From Thermodesulfobacteriota bacterium (GTDB lineage: Bacteria; Desulfobacterota_D; UBA1144; Nemesobacterales; UBA2774), in contig OY729416.1 of NCBI GenBank assembly GCA_963422265.1, positions 352,001 to 416,000 of the forward strand: a stretch of DNA of 64,000 nucleotides, in the 5' to 3' direction. Below the pieces are notes generated by a model. It worked only from the letters and a program-made list of their open reading frames with translations. It searched no databases and was not told where the DNA came from. Within the stretch, counting starts at the first letter, position 1; each line of letters opens with the position of its first letter. Shown here piece by piece: positions 30,006 to 40,763 of the stretch. The translations under genes and the position numbers were made by a program.

Positions 30006-30843
30006 CAAAATTCCGAGCTTTGAAGAGTTAAAAAAGCCTCTACGTTATCACGATCCAAAGTACTTTTATTTCAAACTTATTTCCTTTTTGTTAAGAGCCG
30101 TTGGAACTTTATCAGACGGGATCAGGGTCGGGTATGATTATGGTTTCGATTCAGGTGCCATAATGAACTACATATATGAAAATACACCTCACGGGCGACT
30201 TGGGATTGGAAAAAGCATTGATGCGACTTTTCTTAATCAGACGACTTGCAAGGCATTCAGGTCTATTAAGCAGATACAAAAGAACGTGATTTTAAAGTAC
30301 TTAAGTGAGAGGAATGATAGAAATACATTTATTGTAGATTTGGCTGCCGGCAACGCAGATTACATATATGACGTATTAGATGAAACTGTATCCGACGTAT
30401 CAGTTCTGCTTTGTGACATAAGTCGAGATACCCTTGCAGAAAGCAAAGCGATAGCAAGGAGACGAAACCTTGTTGATAAAATCCGTTATGAGGATGGAGA
30501 CACTCTTGATCCCGATAATCTGAGAGGCATTGAGCCTTTGCCTAACCTTGTTATTGAGGTTGGGCTTTTCGGTATCATCCATGATGATGAACGGATAAAG
30601 AAGCATATGCTTGATCTTAAAGAGATATTGAATCCGGATGCGTTTTTGTTTAACGTGCAGACATACAACGAGCAAATAGAGATCATAGCAAGAGCGCTTA
30701 AAAACCAGAAGGGAGAGCCTTGCGTCTGGCACCTACGCCCTGCCGAGCTTGTAATAAGTTGGGCGGAGGAAGCTGGCTTCAAAAATCCCGAAGTTACTAT
30801 GGATCCTTATAATATATATGCCGCTGTATTGATGAGAGCTTAA
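29995..30843 (+). CDS. Class I SAM-dependent methyltransferase (YnbC C-terminal/Methyltransf_20-like)
   Basis: GI..G...GFDSG...xYxYxNxPxG...GxxID..FL; VDLAAG. Confidence 0.8.
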   Translation: MRCSKIPSFEELKKPLRYHDPKYFYFKLISFLLRAVGTLSDGIRVGYDYGFDSGAIMNYIYENTPHGRLGIGKSIDATFLNQTTCKAFRSIKQIQKNVILKYLSERNDRNTFIVDLAAGNADYIYDVLDETVSDVSVLLCDISRDTLAESKAIARRRNLVDKIRYEDGDTLDPDNLRGIEPLPNLVIEVGLFGIIHDDERIKKHMLDLKEILNPDAFLFNVQTYNEQIEIIARALKNQKGEPCVWHLRPAELVISWAEEAGFKNPEVTMDPYNIYAAVLMRA

Positions 30844-30869
30844 ATCGGATCAGTTATAAAATACGGGTA

Positions 30870-32255
30870 ATGAAAAAAGAAAGATTCGTCCTAGATTGGC
30901 GATCCTCTAGTAAAAGTTCTCCATTCCTGAATGAGATTCTATCGGACAGACTTAAATCCGTTCTCGAGAGTCCTCACGGAATGTGGAACTATATGACCTA
31001 CCGCGACGCAATAGGTATGTTGGATTGCGATCCGGGAAATATATATAGGGAAGGTAGGATTGATTTGGATCCCACCGTCTGGGCTGACCTAGGATGGATG
31101 ATCTGCTATGTTGGTCCTCCCTCGAAAGCCGTTGAGGCTATGCGCGCCAATACGATTGAGGACAATATTAATCCTTACTCTCCTGATCTAATAAACCCAC
31201 TTAGGGATACTTCTGCTGAACTAAAATTTAAGCGGTGCAGGAGCAAGGATTTCGAAGTTATAGGATTAGAAGGCAGTCAGGCTGGAGTTTCTTATGTTCT
31301 ACAGTCCGTTATGAACCCGGGGGATGAAGTGATCATAACCGATCCGGGTTATTTTCATTTTGAATCATCAATTCTTATGGGGGGTGGGGTGCCAATTAGG
31401 ATTGTGCTAGATTCGAATAACGGTTTCAGACTAGAGCCCAATCAGGTAGAGGCTTGCATTACACCAAAAACGAAGGTGATTATCGTCTGTGATCCTTTGA
31501 ATCCATTCGGTTCCATCCAGACTAAAGAGGAGCTGCTTCAGATAATAGAAATCGCTAGAAAATACAACGTGATTATCATTGATGATATTACGCATAACAC
31601 CCAGCAAATAGATCCCAATTCCATGCACTATCCAATGACCTCTCTCTATAAAGAGACTAATATAGACAACGTGGTCTCAACCTTTAGCCTTTCACACGGT
31701 TACGGAATGGCTGGTGTAAGGATGGGGTTTCTCGCCGGTAATGCTGAACTAATGCGAGCGTGCCTTATAGCAAAAACCTCGCTAACTAGGCTTAATACCA
31801 ACCTTATAGCACAATACGGAGCTTTAGCCGCTCTTCAAGATAAAGATTACCTAATATACTCCCAGAACGTTATTAGGCGTAATTATAAAATAGTCAAGGA
31901 GATTATAAGGAATAACAAGGGGGTGTCCATACCCGTTGAGCCTCAGTATGGTTTCTCTATGGTTATTGACATCTCAGAAACTGGGGTATCCTCTCAAGAG
32001 CTGACCGTGGCGCTATTTAAGCATAATATTGCCGTTTATCCTGGGGATGGGCTCGGTAGTGTAGGCTCGACAGATTATATAAGGCTCAATATTTCAAGAC
32101 CCGACCTGTGGGCATTCGAGCGCTTAGAAAAATATCTCCCGGTTGCACTGTCCGAGGCTAAGTGCGGCGCTTATAAACAAAGCGTGATAGAATTCTTCGA
32201 GCGAAAACAAACTGATCGGGCAAAAATGATTATTGAGAACATTAGGAAAAGCTAG
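30870..32255 (+). CDS. Aminotransferase class I/II fold protein with His at the PLP-Lys position
   Basis: PGDEVI..DPGY, PxNPxG, IDD, SLSHGYGMAGVRMG, IRL. Confidence 0.85.
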   Translation: MKKERFVLDWRSSSKSSPFLNEILSDRLKSVLESPHGMWNYMTYRDAIGMLDCDPGNIYREGRIDLDPTVWADLGWMICYVGPPSKAVEAMRANTIEDNINPYSPDLINPLRDTSAELKFKRCRSKDFEVIGLEGSQAGVSYVLQSVMNPGDEVIITDPGYFHFESSILMGGGVPIRIVLDSNNGFRLEPNQVEACITPKTKVIIVCDPLNPFGSIQTKEELLQIIEIARKYNVIIIDDITHNTQQIDPNSMHYPMTSLYKETNIDNVVSTFSLSHGYGMAGVRMGFLAGNAELMRACLIAKTSLTRLNTNLIAQYGALAALQDKDYLIYSQNVIRRNYKIVKEIIRNNKGVSIPVEPQYGFSMVIDISETGVSSQELTVALFKHNIAVYPGDGLGSVGSTDYIRLNISRPDLWAFERLEKYLPVALSEAKCGAYKQSVIEFFERKQTDRAKMIIENIRKS

Positions 32256-33202
32256 TGAATTTGTCCGAAAGTATTCTCGACCTAATTGGAAACACGCCGC
32301 TTATAAAGCTCAATAGCTTAGCAAGTGGATTTAAGCCTGAAGTATATGTAAAGGGCGAGTCTTATAACCCGAGTGGCAGTATTAAGGACAGAGTTGCAAT
32401 TAATATAATCAAAGATGCTGAGAGTAGAGGAGTTCTCAAACCGGGTGACACAATAGTTGAAGCTACGTCTGGCAATATGGGAGCTGCCTTAGCTCTTATA
32501 GGAACCGTAAAGGGGTATAGATGCATACTTACATTACCTGAGACAACTACAAGAGAAAAGATACAAGTGCTTAAGCTATTTGGTGCGGAAGTGATCCTTA
32601 CTCCAAAGGGTCTTTCACCGTCTGATGAGCAAAGTTGCTACGAGGTAGCGCGCAGGACGGCTGGGGAGAAAAACGCTTTCTACGTTAATCAGTATTTTAA
32701 TAGTCTCAATCCAGACGCGCATTATAAGACCACCGGACTGGAGATATGGCGCGATACGCAAGGCAGTGTTGATACGGTTATTTGTGGTATAGGAACTGGG
32801 GGGACTATAACTGGAGTGGGTAAGTACCTAAAAGAAAGGAAGGCAGGTATTAGAGTTATTGGAGTTGAGCCCGTGGGCTCGGTATTTAAGACGTATCTTG
32901 AAACAGGAGCGTTTACGACTGAAGCATCGGATTTTAGCATAGAAGGGATTGGGAAGAATTTCATACCGGGGGCACTTGACCTTGGCTATGTTGACGACGT
33001 CATACAGGTGTATGAGCAAGACGCCTTTCATTGGCAGAAGGATCTATTGAAGAGAGAAGGTATTTTAGTGGGTCCATCGAGCGGTGCTGCTATAGATGCT
33101 GCTATTAGATACGCTCGTGACAATTATAAAGATGAATATATTGTTGTTATACTTCCTGATGCAGGATCGAAATACTTATCAAGATACGCAGGGATTAGCT
33201 GA
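32255..33202 (+). CDS. Cysteine synthase / cystathionine beta-synthase family PLP enzyme
   Basis: IGNTPL, KxExxNPSGSIKDR, EATSGN, GTGGT, IEGIG, GPSSG, PDxGxKYLS. Confidence 0.92.
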   Translation: MNLSESILDLIGNTPLIKLNSLASGFKPEVYVKGESYNPSGSIKDRVAINIIKDAESRGVLKPGDTIVEATSGNMGAALALIGTVKGYRCILTLPETTTREKIQVLKLFGAEVILTPKGLSPSDEQSCYEVARRTAGEKNAFYVNQYFNSLNPDAHYKTTGLEIWRDTQGSVDTVICGIGTGGTITGVGKYLKERKAGIRVIGVEPVGSVFKTYLETGAFTTEASDFSIEGIGKNFIPGALDLGYVDDVIQVYEQDAFHWQKDLLKREGILVGPSSGAAIDAAIRYARDNYKDEYIVVILPDAGSKYLSRYAGIS

Positions 33203-33231
33203 TCCTACTATACGTAACAGGACGTATTTCC

Positions 33232-34464
33232 ATGTTAACCCTTAGTGAAGACAAAGTTCAGAGTTTGACTGAAGATTATGGTTCGCCCCTATTTGTCGTT
33301 TCAGCCAATACGGTGAGAGAAAACGTTAAGAATTTTAGGAGTCAGTTTTCTGAACGTTATCCAGAGGTCGTAGTTGCTTACTCTTATAAGGTAAATTACC
33401 TGCCTGATGTTCTAAGAATTATTCACAAGGACGGCGCTTGGGCTGAGGTAGCCTCCGGATTTGAGTATGAGCTAGCGAAAAGGTTGGGTGTTCCTGGTCG
33501 TTCTATTGTATTTAATGGTCCCTATAAAAAAAAAGAAGAACTAATACGGGCTGTAGAAGACGGGGCTATAATAAACGTAGATAACGCTGAAGAAATCAGT
33601 GTGCTTGAGGGGCTATCCTGCACTGCTCGGAAGCCGATCAACGTAGGGATTAGGGTTAATACGAATGTAGAGACTGACCAACTGCCCGACCGCTTTGGCT
33701 TTAATCTGGAATCTGGTGAAGCAGCGCGGGTTGTAGCTTTATGTGCTGATAGAAAATTATTGAACGTAATTGGATTACACATACACCTTACGAGTTATAT
33801 TGTTGAGTCTAAGTGCGAAGGTGATGTTCCCTCAAAGGGAATAAAACTTATGTGGCCAAAGGGATGTCAGGCTTATGAGGAAGCTTCAAGAAAGATTGCG
33901 AGGTTCGCGAGAGAGGTTGGTGAGAAGTATGGCATTCGGTTTAAGTACCTAGATATGGGGGGAGGTTTCCCTACGGTAGATTCATTGACTCCCTACGTTG
34001 AGGCAATAACTATTCCAATACTGAGTGAATTTAGACGAGAAAGTCTGCCACTATTAATACTGGAGCCTGGGAGGGCAATAGTAAGTAACGCTATTGACCT
34101 TATCTCAACGGTCATAACGGTCAAGAGTGTTGCTGATGAGGGAATATTCGCGGTAATTGATAGCGGAATTAATCTTCTTCCAACTTCCATTTTTAGATAT
34201 CAGAACGTTGAATGTATAACGGATTCAAAGGGCAAATTGAAAGAAACTACTGTTTACGGACCCCTTTGTCTTCAAATCGACGTAGTTACAAAGGCGCAAC
34301 TTCCTGAGCTTAGAGTTGGGGATAAAGTTATTATTAAAAACGTAGGAGCCTACAATATGCCCCAGTCGGGCACGTTCATTTTTCAACAGCCGATGGTCGT
34401 TATGATAGACGCCGAAGAAGTAAGGATTATTAAGAAATCAGGAACTGTTGAAGATATATTATAA
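33232..34464 (+). CDS. Fold-III PLP decarboxylase (diaminopimelate/ornithine decarboxylase-like)
   Basis: YSYKxN, EVASGFE, FNGPYK, RFG, DMGGGF, EPGR, GPLC, GAY. Confidence 0.88.
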   Translation: MLTLSEDKVQSLTEDYGSPLFVVSANTVRENVKNFRSQFSERYPEVVVAYSYKVNYLPDVLRIIHKDGAWAEVASGFEYELAKRLGVPGRSIVFNGPYKKKEELIRAVEDGAIINVDNAEEISVLEGLSCTARKPINVGIRVNTNVETDQLPDRFGFNLESGEAARVVALCADRKLLNVIGLHIHLTSYIVESKCEGDVPSKGIKLMWPKGCQAYEEASRKIARFAREVGEKYGIRFKYLDMGGGFPTVDSLTPYVEAITIPILSEFRRESLPLLILEPGRAIVSNAIDLISTVITVKSVADEGIFAVIDSGINLLPTSIFRYQNVECITDSKGKLKETTVYGPLCLQIDVVTKAQLPELRVGDKVIIKNVGAYNMPQSGTFIFQQPMVVMIDAEEVRIIKKSGTVEDIL

Positions 34465-34532
34465 TAAACTCTTCCGGACACAAGACTTAAAAAATAGTTT
34501 TAGGTATCATAGTAACTTGTAGTTGTTAGCAA

Positions 34533-34606
34533 GGGCTGTTAGCTCAGCTAGGTAGAGCAGGTGACTCTTAATCATCGGGTCGGGGGTTCGATTCCCTCAC
34601 AGCCCA
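34533..34606 (+). tRNA. tRNA-Lys(CTT); CCA not encoded
   Basis: Acceptor GGGCTGT/ACAGCCC; anticodon arm GGTGA-CT CTT AA-TCATC; GTTCGA T-loop. Confidence 0.95.
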
Positions 34607-34611
34607 CAATG

Positions 34612-34698
<87 letters not shown>

Positions 34699-34728
34699 TT
34701 TAGAGATTAATTAGAGGGGTTTCTATTT

Positions 34729-36009
34729 ATGAAAGTCAATGTGGAAGATTTAAGTAGCACACGGAAAAGAGTAGATGTCGTAATACCGATAGAAGATGTT
34801 AGATCGGTTAGAAACAAGGTGTTTCAGGAAATAAAGAAGAGCGCCAAAATAAAGGGGTTTCGTCCGGGTAAAGCCCCTGACGGCGTTGTAGAATCTATGT
34901 ATAAGAGCGAGATACTTAGCGAAGCTGCTGCAAGGCTTGTTCAGAGTACGCTGGAAGATGCTCTTAAAGAAGCTTCTGTGTCTCCTGTAAGCAGACCCGA
35001 AGTCGCGCCGTCCGAGGCAGTCTCTACAGATAAAGATTTTACGTACTCAGCGACCTTTGACGTTCTTCCCAATATAGAGCTTATGGAATACAAGGGAATA
35101 CCGCTTAAAAAAGAAGTTAAGGAAGTTACAGATAGCGATGTTGAGTATGCAATTGAGCAGCTTCGCAACCATAAAGCCGAGGTTAAGCCATATGAAAAGG
35201 AAAAGGGAGTTGAGAAAAGCGACGTTGCCATAGTTGACTTTCAGGGTTATTTAGAGGGTAAGCTCATTGAGGATCTTAACCGTAAAGACATGCAATTTCT
35301 GGTGGGTGAAGGGAAAATGCTCCCTGAGTTTGAAGAGAACTTGCTGGGTATGAAGAAGGGTGAAGAAAAGAAATTCGACGTAAAATACGATGAAGACTTT
35401 CAGATAAGAGAAGTAGCGGGGAAGGAAGTGAATTTCAAACTCACCGTAAAGGACATTTTACAGAGAGAGTTGCCGGTGATTGATGATGAACTTGCCAAAG
35501 GCGCGGGACTTAAGACCCTCAGCGAGCTTAAGGAGAAGATAAAGGACGACCTAAGTCGTCAGGTTGAGCATCAATCGCTCACGAAAATGAAAAGCGACCT
35601 ACTTGATCTTATAGTAGAGAGAAATGAGATTGAAGTGCCTTTGAGCCTCGTCAAGGAAGAAGAATCCAGAATGACGCAGCAAATAATTAAAAATATGGGG
35701 CAAAGAGGAGTCAAATCTCAACCTATAGATGAGGCGACTCAAAGCATGGTGCAAGAGCGTGCTCTCAGAAACGTAAAGGCATCTATGATACTGGGCGCGA
35801 TCTCGAGAAAGGAGGGTATTTCCGTCTCCGAAGATGATATAAATGAGAACCTTTCCGCGGTTGCAGATAGTTATAACGTTCCTACGGAGCAAGTTAGGGA
35901 GGCTTATGAGCGGAATAATATGCTAGAGGGTTTGGAAGTCAACCTTGCGGAGCAAAAAGTCATTGATTTTCTTATAAAGAACGCTGATGTAGAAGAGGGA
36001 CTGATATGA
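34729..36009 (+). CDS. tig: Trigger factor
   Basis: GFRPGKAP signature, FKBP domain, tig-clpP-clpX-lon order. Confidence 0.97.
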   Translation: MKVNVEDLSSTRKRVDVVIPIEDVRSVRNKVFQEIKKSAKIKGFRPGKAPDGVVESMYKSEILSEAAARLVQSTLEDALKEASVSPVSRPEVAPSEAVSTDKDFTYSATFDVLPNIELMEYKGIPLKKEVKEVTDSDVEYAIEQLRNHKAEVKPYEKEKGVEKSDVAIVDFQGYLEGKLIEDLNRKDMQFLVGEGKMLPEFEENLLGMKKGEEKKFDVKYDEDFQIREVAGKEVNFKLTVKDILQRELPVIDDELAKGAGLKTLSELKEKIKDDLSRQVEHQSLTKMKSDLLDLIVERNEIEVPLSLVKEEESRMTQQIIKNMGQRGVKSQPIDEATQSMVQERALRNVKASMILGAISRKEGISVSEDDINENLSAVADSYNVPTEQVREAYERNNMLEGLEVNLAEQKVIDFLIKNADVEEGLI

Positions 36010-36020
36010 GGACAGTTACG

Positions 36021-36049
36021 TTGACAATAAGGGTTAAGCTTAGTATATT
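36021..36049 (+). promoter_or_regulatory. clpP promoter TTGACA-N17-TATATT
   Basis: Perfect -35, 5/6 -10; predicted TSS falls at the GTG/ATG start. Confidence 0.7.
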
Positions 36050-36055
36050 GTTAAG

Positions 36056-36658
36056 GTGATGTCTAGCTACGTTCCAATAGTTATTGAACAAACCAGCAGG
36101 GGCGAGAGGGCTTATGATATTTTTTCCCGTTTACTCAAGGATAGGATAGTTTTTATTGGGTCTCCTATAATAGATGCCGTAGCGGATACGGTAATTGCTC
36201 AACTCTTATTTTTGGAGTCGGAAAATCCGGATAAAGACATTTATCTCTACATGAACTCACCGGGGGGGCACGTAACTTCTGGTCTGGCTATATACGATAC
36301 CATGCAGTACATAAAGCCTGATGTGGCGACTATGTGCATAGGGCAGGCTGCCAGTATGGCGGCTGTTTTGCTTGCAGCGGGTGCTGAGGGTAAGCGATTC
36401 GCTCTTCCCCATGCCCGTATGATGATTCATCAGGTGCTCGGTGGTGTGGAAGGACAAGCGACGGATATTGAGATTCACGCAAAAGAGATTCTTAGGATTA
36501 AAGAAGAAATTAACCGTATTCTTGCAAAGCATACTAACCAGCCATTTAATAAAATTGCGGATGATACAGAGAGAGATTTCTTTCTGAGACCGGATGACGC
36601 CTTAGAATATGGGCTGGTTGACTCTATAATTACTAAGAGAGAGGGGGCGGTTTTATGA
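36056..36658 (+). CDS. clpP: ATP-dependent Clp protease proteolytic subunit
   Basis: [26 protein letters not shown]. Confidence 0.98.
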   Translation: MMSSYVPIVIEQTSRGERAYDIFSRLLKDRIVFIGSPIIDAVADTVIAQLLFLESENPDKDIYLYMNSPGGHVTSGLAIYDTMQYIKPDVATMCIGQAASMAAVLLAAGAEGKRFALPHARMMIHQVLGGVEGQATDIEIHAKEILRIKEEINRILAKHTNQPFNKIADDTERDFFLRPDDALEYGLVDSIITKREGAVL

Positions 36659-37929
36659 CTTCAGGGCGCAACGTGAAAGAGGGTAAGCTCTACTGTTCTT
36701 TTTGCGGAAAGAGCCAGAAGGAAGTTAGGAAGCTTATTGCTGGTCCAACCGTATATATATGCAACGAGTGCATTGAGCTTTGTAACGAGATTATAGCTGA
36801 CGAGGATGCTAAAGAGGGTGTTCTCAAAAAGCGGTATTCAAGTTTACCTACGCCTTTGCAAATCAAACAGTTCTTAGATGAATACGTAATAGGGCAAGAG
36901 AGGGCTAAAAAGGTATTGTCTGTAGCGGTATATAATCACTATAAGAGAATTGAGTTTAATGTCTATCGCAGCAATAAAAATCCTGGGGTTGAGGTTCAGA
37001 AAAGTAATATCCTAATGATCGGACCTACTGGAAGTGGCAAAACTCTCATGGCTCAGACCTTGGCTAAACTCCTTGAGGTGCCATTTACGATTGTGGATGC
37101 AACATGCTATACAGAGGCAGGCTACGTTGGGGAAGACGTAGAGAACATGATTGTAAGCCTGCTGCAGGCTGCAGACTACGATCTTGAAAAAGCCTCAAGG
37201 GGAATTATATATATAGATGAGATAGACAAGCTTGCTAGAAAAACTGGAGACAGCCCTTCAATCACAAGGGATGTTTCTGGCGAGGGTGTGCAGCAGTCTT
37301 TACTCAAAATTATGGAAGGCACCAAGGCTAACGTGCCACCCAAGGGTGGAAGAAAGCATCCTCAGCAAGAGTTTTTACAGATTGACACTACTAATATTCT
37401 GTTTATTTGTGGCGGTGCTTTCTGCGGGCTTGAGGATATTGTAAAGCGGAGAATAGGAGAGAAATCAATTGGGTTTGAAGCCAATCTCGGGAGAGTCAAT
37501 GAAAAGGATCTAGGTGCCGTGCTAAAGGAGGTGCAACCTGAGGATCAGATACAATATGGGCTTATACCAGAATTTGTTGGTAGAATCCCGGTTGTAGCTA
37601 CCCTTGAAGAACTCAGTGAAGAGTCTTTTGTTGAAATACTCACAAAACCTAGAAATGCAATCATCAAGCAGTTTCAAAAGCTTATGGAGATTGAAAATGT
37701 CCAACTCGAAGTTACAGAAGGTGCCCTTGCATCTATAGCTCAAGAGGCTATTAACAGAAAAACCGGGGCGAGAGGCTTAAGGGCTATAATTGAGAATGTT
37801 ATGCTTGATATTTCATACGAAGTTCCATCACTCAAGGGACTGAGTCGCTGTGTGATAACGGAGGACGTTATTAGAGGGGCTAGTGATCCTCTCTTTATTT
37901 ACGAAGAGGAAGCCCGATTGGGAACTTAG
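36655..37929 (+). CDS. clpX: ClpX ATP-binding subunit
   Basis: CSFCGK zinc finger, [27 protein letters not shown]. Confidence 0.99.
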   Translation: MTSGRNVKEGKLYCSFCGKSQKEVRKLIAGPTVYICNECIELCNEIIADEDAKEGVLKKRYSSLPTPLQIKQFLDEYVIGQERAKKVLSVAVYNHYKRIEFNVYRSNKNPGVEVQKSNILMIGPTGSGKTLMAQTLAKLLEVPFTIVDATCYTEAGYVGEDVENMIVSLLQAADYDLEKASRGIIYIDEIDKLARKTGDSPSITRDVSGEGVQQSLLKIMEGTKANVPPKGGRKHPQQEFLQIDTTNILFICGGAFCGLEDIVKRRIGEKSIGFEANLGRVNEKDLGAVLKEVQPEDQIQYGLIPEFVGRIPVVATLEELSEESFVEILTKPRNAIIKQFQKLMEIENVQLEVTEGALASIAQEAINRKTGARGLRAIIENVMLDISYEVPSLKGLSRCVITEDVIRGASDPLFIYEEEARLGT

Positions 37930-37960
37930 TACCTAAATACAGCCTTTAAGGAGAGTTATT

Positions 37961-40405
37961 ATGCCAAACTTGATTAAAGTAGACAAGAAAGAAGAAAATA
38001 AAGAAGAAAATATGGAGACCCTGCCGTTACTACCGCTTAGGGACGTTGTTATATTCCCTTATATGGTGTCGCCGCTTTTTGTCGGACGTGAAAAGTCAAT
38101 TCATGCACTTGAGGAGGCGATGAAGAAAGATAAAGAGATATTTCTTGCCGCGCAAAAGGATGCTAAAACTAACGATCCCACGGAGAAAGATATTTATGAT
38201 ATAGGAACTATTGGCACCATTGTTCAAATGCTAAGGTTGCCAGATAGCACGGTAAAAGTGCTCGTCGAAGGAAAAAAAAGGGCGCGTATCCAAAATTACG
38301 TTCTTAATAAGAGCCATTTTGTCGTACAGGTGCAGCCCGTTCCTGAGCCAGATGAGATAGGTGTAGAAACGGAGGCGCTTATACGCACCCTTGTTACGGC
38401 ATTTGAAAATTACGTGAAGTTGAACAAAAAAATTCCTTCGGAAGTACTCGTAACCCTTTCTTCGATAAAGGATCCTGGACAGTTATCAGATACTATTTCG
38501 TCACATCTTGGTTTTAAGCTTGAGGATAAGCAGGAGATATTGGAGACGCTCGATCCTGCCGAGAGGCTTGAAAAATTGTATGAAAAAATGCAGTCCGAAG
38601 TTGAGATCATGCAGATTGAGAAGAGAATTAGGTCCAGGGTCAAAAAGCAAATGGAGAAAGCTCAGAAGGAGTATTATCTTACCGAGCAGATGAGAGCAAT
38701 TCAGAAAGAATTGGGTGAAAAGGACGATCTTAAATCTGAAATACAAGAGTTCGAAGATAATTTAAAGAAGAAAGAGCTTACGGAAGAGGCTGAGCAGAAG
38801 GTAAAACGTGAGATCAAGAAATTAAAACAGATGTCTCCTATGTCCGCAGAAGCGACTGTGGTTAGAAACTACATTGATTGGCTTCTTTCTATTCCTTGGC
38901 AGGGCGAAGTAACGGAGGATACGATCGATATTGAAGAAGCTCAAAAGATTCTTGATAACGATCATTTTGGGCTTGAAAAGCCTAAAGAGAGAATAATTGA
39001 ATATCTATCGGTTCAGGCTCTGATCAGTAAGATTAAAGGTCCTATACTTTGTTTTGTAGGACCTCCAGGGGTGGGTAAAACGTCCCTTGCAAAGTCAATT
39101 GCGCGCTCCATGGGACGTAAGTTTATAAGGGTATCACTGGGAGGAGTGAGGGACGAGGCTGAGATAAGGGGGCACCGCCGCACTTACATAGGTGCGCTCC
39201 CCGGAAAAATTATTCAAGGGGTTAGGAAGGCAGGCACTATGAATCCAGTGTTCTTGCTTGATGAAATAGATAAGCTCGGTATGGACTTTAGAGGTGATCC
39301 TGCGTCCGCTCTTTTAGAGGCTCTCGATCCTGAGCAGAATGTTGCCTTTAATGATCATTACCTTGAGGTTGATTATGACCTTTCAAATGTGATGTTTATC
39401 ACGACGGCGAATGTTCTTCACACCATTCCATGGGCACTACAGGATAGAATGGAAATCATAAGGATTTCAGGCTATACAGAAGATGAGAAGCTCGAAATAG
39501 CAAGGAAGTTTCTACTACCAAAACAGCGAGAGGCTCATGGTCACAAGAAGGAAAGTGTTAAGGTCTCAGACGCTGCAATTCTTGAAATTATCAGACGCTA
39601 TACGAAAGAGGCTGGTGTTAGAACCCTTGAGCGTGAGATTGCTAATCTTTGTAGAAAAGCTGCCCGCGATATAGTGAAGAAGGGAAAAGATCATACAGTC
39701 AGGATTACCCCTGCGCTGCTTAAGAAGCAGAACTATCTCGGCGTGCCTAAGTTTAAGTATGGCGAGATAGAAGAAAAAGAATATGTTGGCATGTCAACGG
39801 GTCTCGCATGGACAGAGGTAGGTGGAGAGCTTTTAAACATTGAGGTCTCCGTTATGCCCGGTAAGGGGACTTTTACGGTTACGGGCAAGCTTGGTGAAGT
39901 TATGCAGGAATCCACTCAGGCTGCTATGAGCTACGTAAGGTCAAGGGCTGAAAAGCTTGGGCTTGAGCGTAACTTCCATCAGAGAGTTGATATACATATA
40001 CACGTTCCTGAGGGTGCAACTCCAAAGGATGGACCATCGGCGGGTATAGCGATATCAACTGCCATAGTGTCGGCACTCATTAAAAAGCCGGTCAAGAATG
40101 ACATTGCTATGACGGGTGAAATTACGCTTAGGGGTAGGGTGCTTCCTATAGGGGGCCTAAAGGAAAAAGTTCTTGCGGCGCACCGCGGCAAGGTAAAGAC
40201 CGTGATTATACCACAAGAGAATGAAAAGGATCTTACGGAGATACGTAATAACATCTTAAAAGATATAAATATTAAACTTGTTGAGCACGTGGATGACGTT
40301 CTCGAAGAGGCGATTGTCTCACAAGGGCCCGTGCTTAATGACCTGATAATTCCGCCTCCTTCTGGCATGGCTTTGGGGAACGAGATTGGCACTAACGTGA
40401 ACTGA
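37961..40405 (+). CDS. lon: Lon protease
   Basis: [29 protein letters not shown]. Confidence 0.99.
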   Translation: MPNLIKVDKKEENKEENMETLPLLPLRDVVIFPYMVSPLFVGREKSIHALEEAMKKDKEIFLAAQKDAKTNDPTEKDIYDIGTIGTIVQMLRLPDSTVKVLVEGKKRARIQNYVLNKSHFVVQVQPVPEPDEIGVETEALIRTLVTAFENYVKLNKKIPSEVLVTLSSIKDPGQLSDTISSHLGFKLEDKQEILETLDPAERLEKLYEKMQSEVEIMQIEKRIRSRVKKQMEKAQKEYYLTEQMRAIQKELGEKDDLKSEIQEFEDNLKKKELTEEAEQKVKREIKKLKQMSPMSAEATVVRNYIDWLLSIPWQGEVTEDTIDIEEAQKILDNDHFGLEKPKERIIEYLSVQALISKIKGPILCFVGPPGVGKTSLAKSIARSMGRKFIRVSLGGVRDEAEIRGHRRTYIGALPGKIIQGVRKAGTMNPVFLLDEIDKLGMDFRGDPASALLEALDPEQNVAFNDHYLEVDYDLSNVMFITTANVLHTIPWALQDRMEIIRISGYTEDEKLEIARKFLLPKQREAHGHKKESVKVSDAAILEIIRRYTKEAGVRTLEREIANLCRKAARDIVKKGKDHTVRITPALLKKQNYLGVPKFKYGEIEEKEYVGMSTGLAWTEVGGELLNIEVSVMPGKGTFTVTGKLGEVMQESTQAAMSYVRSRAEKLGLERNFHQRVDIHIHVPEGATPKDGPSAGIAISTAIVSALIKKPVKNDIAMTGEITLRGRVLPIGGLKEKVLAAHRGKVKTVIIPQENEKDLTEIRNNILKDINIKLVEHVDDVLEEAIVSQGPVLNDLIIPPPSGMALGNEIGTNVN

Positions 40406-40545
40406 TAGGTTAGTATATGTATATAGTTATATTTTATCTGTCCATTGTCTGAGTTTGCTATAGACAAATGAGTCAAATTAGGTTATACATCACCCTCTTG
40501 AAAGTTGTCAGTAGATTATCTCGTTTGAGATACTTTGTGTTACAA

Positions 40546-40620
40546 GGGCGGTTAGCTCAGCGGGAGAGCGCTTGCCTTACAAGCAAGATGTCACAGGTTC
40601 AAATCCTGTACCGCCCACCA
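40546..40620 (+). tRNA. tRNA-Val(TAC)
   Basis: GGGCGGT/ACCGCCC-A-CCA; CTTGC-CT TAC AA-GCAAG. Confidence 0.96.
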
Positions 40621-40637
40621 CTAACGAGATTCACTGC

Positions 40638-40715
40638 GGAGCCGTAGTTCAGACCGGTTAGAACGCTGGCCTGTCAAGCCAGAGGTCGCGGGTTCAAGTC
40701 CCGTCGGCTCCGCCA
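40638..40715 (+). tRNA. tRNA-Asp(GTC)
   Basis: GGAGCCG/CGGCTCC-G-CCA; CTGGC-CT GTC AA-GCCAG. Confidence 0.96.
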
Positions 40716-40763
40716 CTTACTTATTATAATATAAAGAAAAATGTAAAAGCTCGGTTACCCAAA

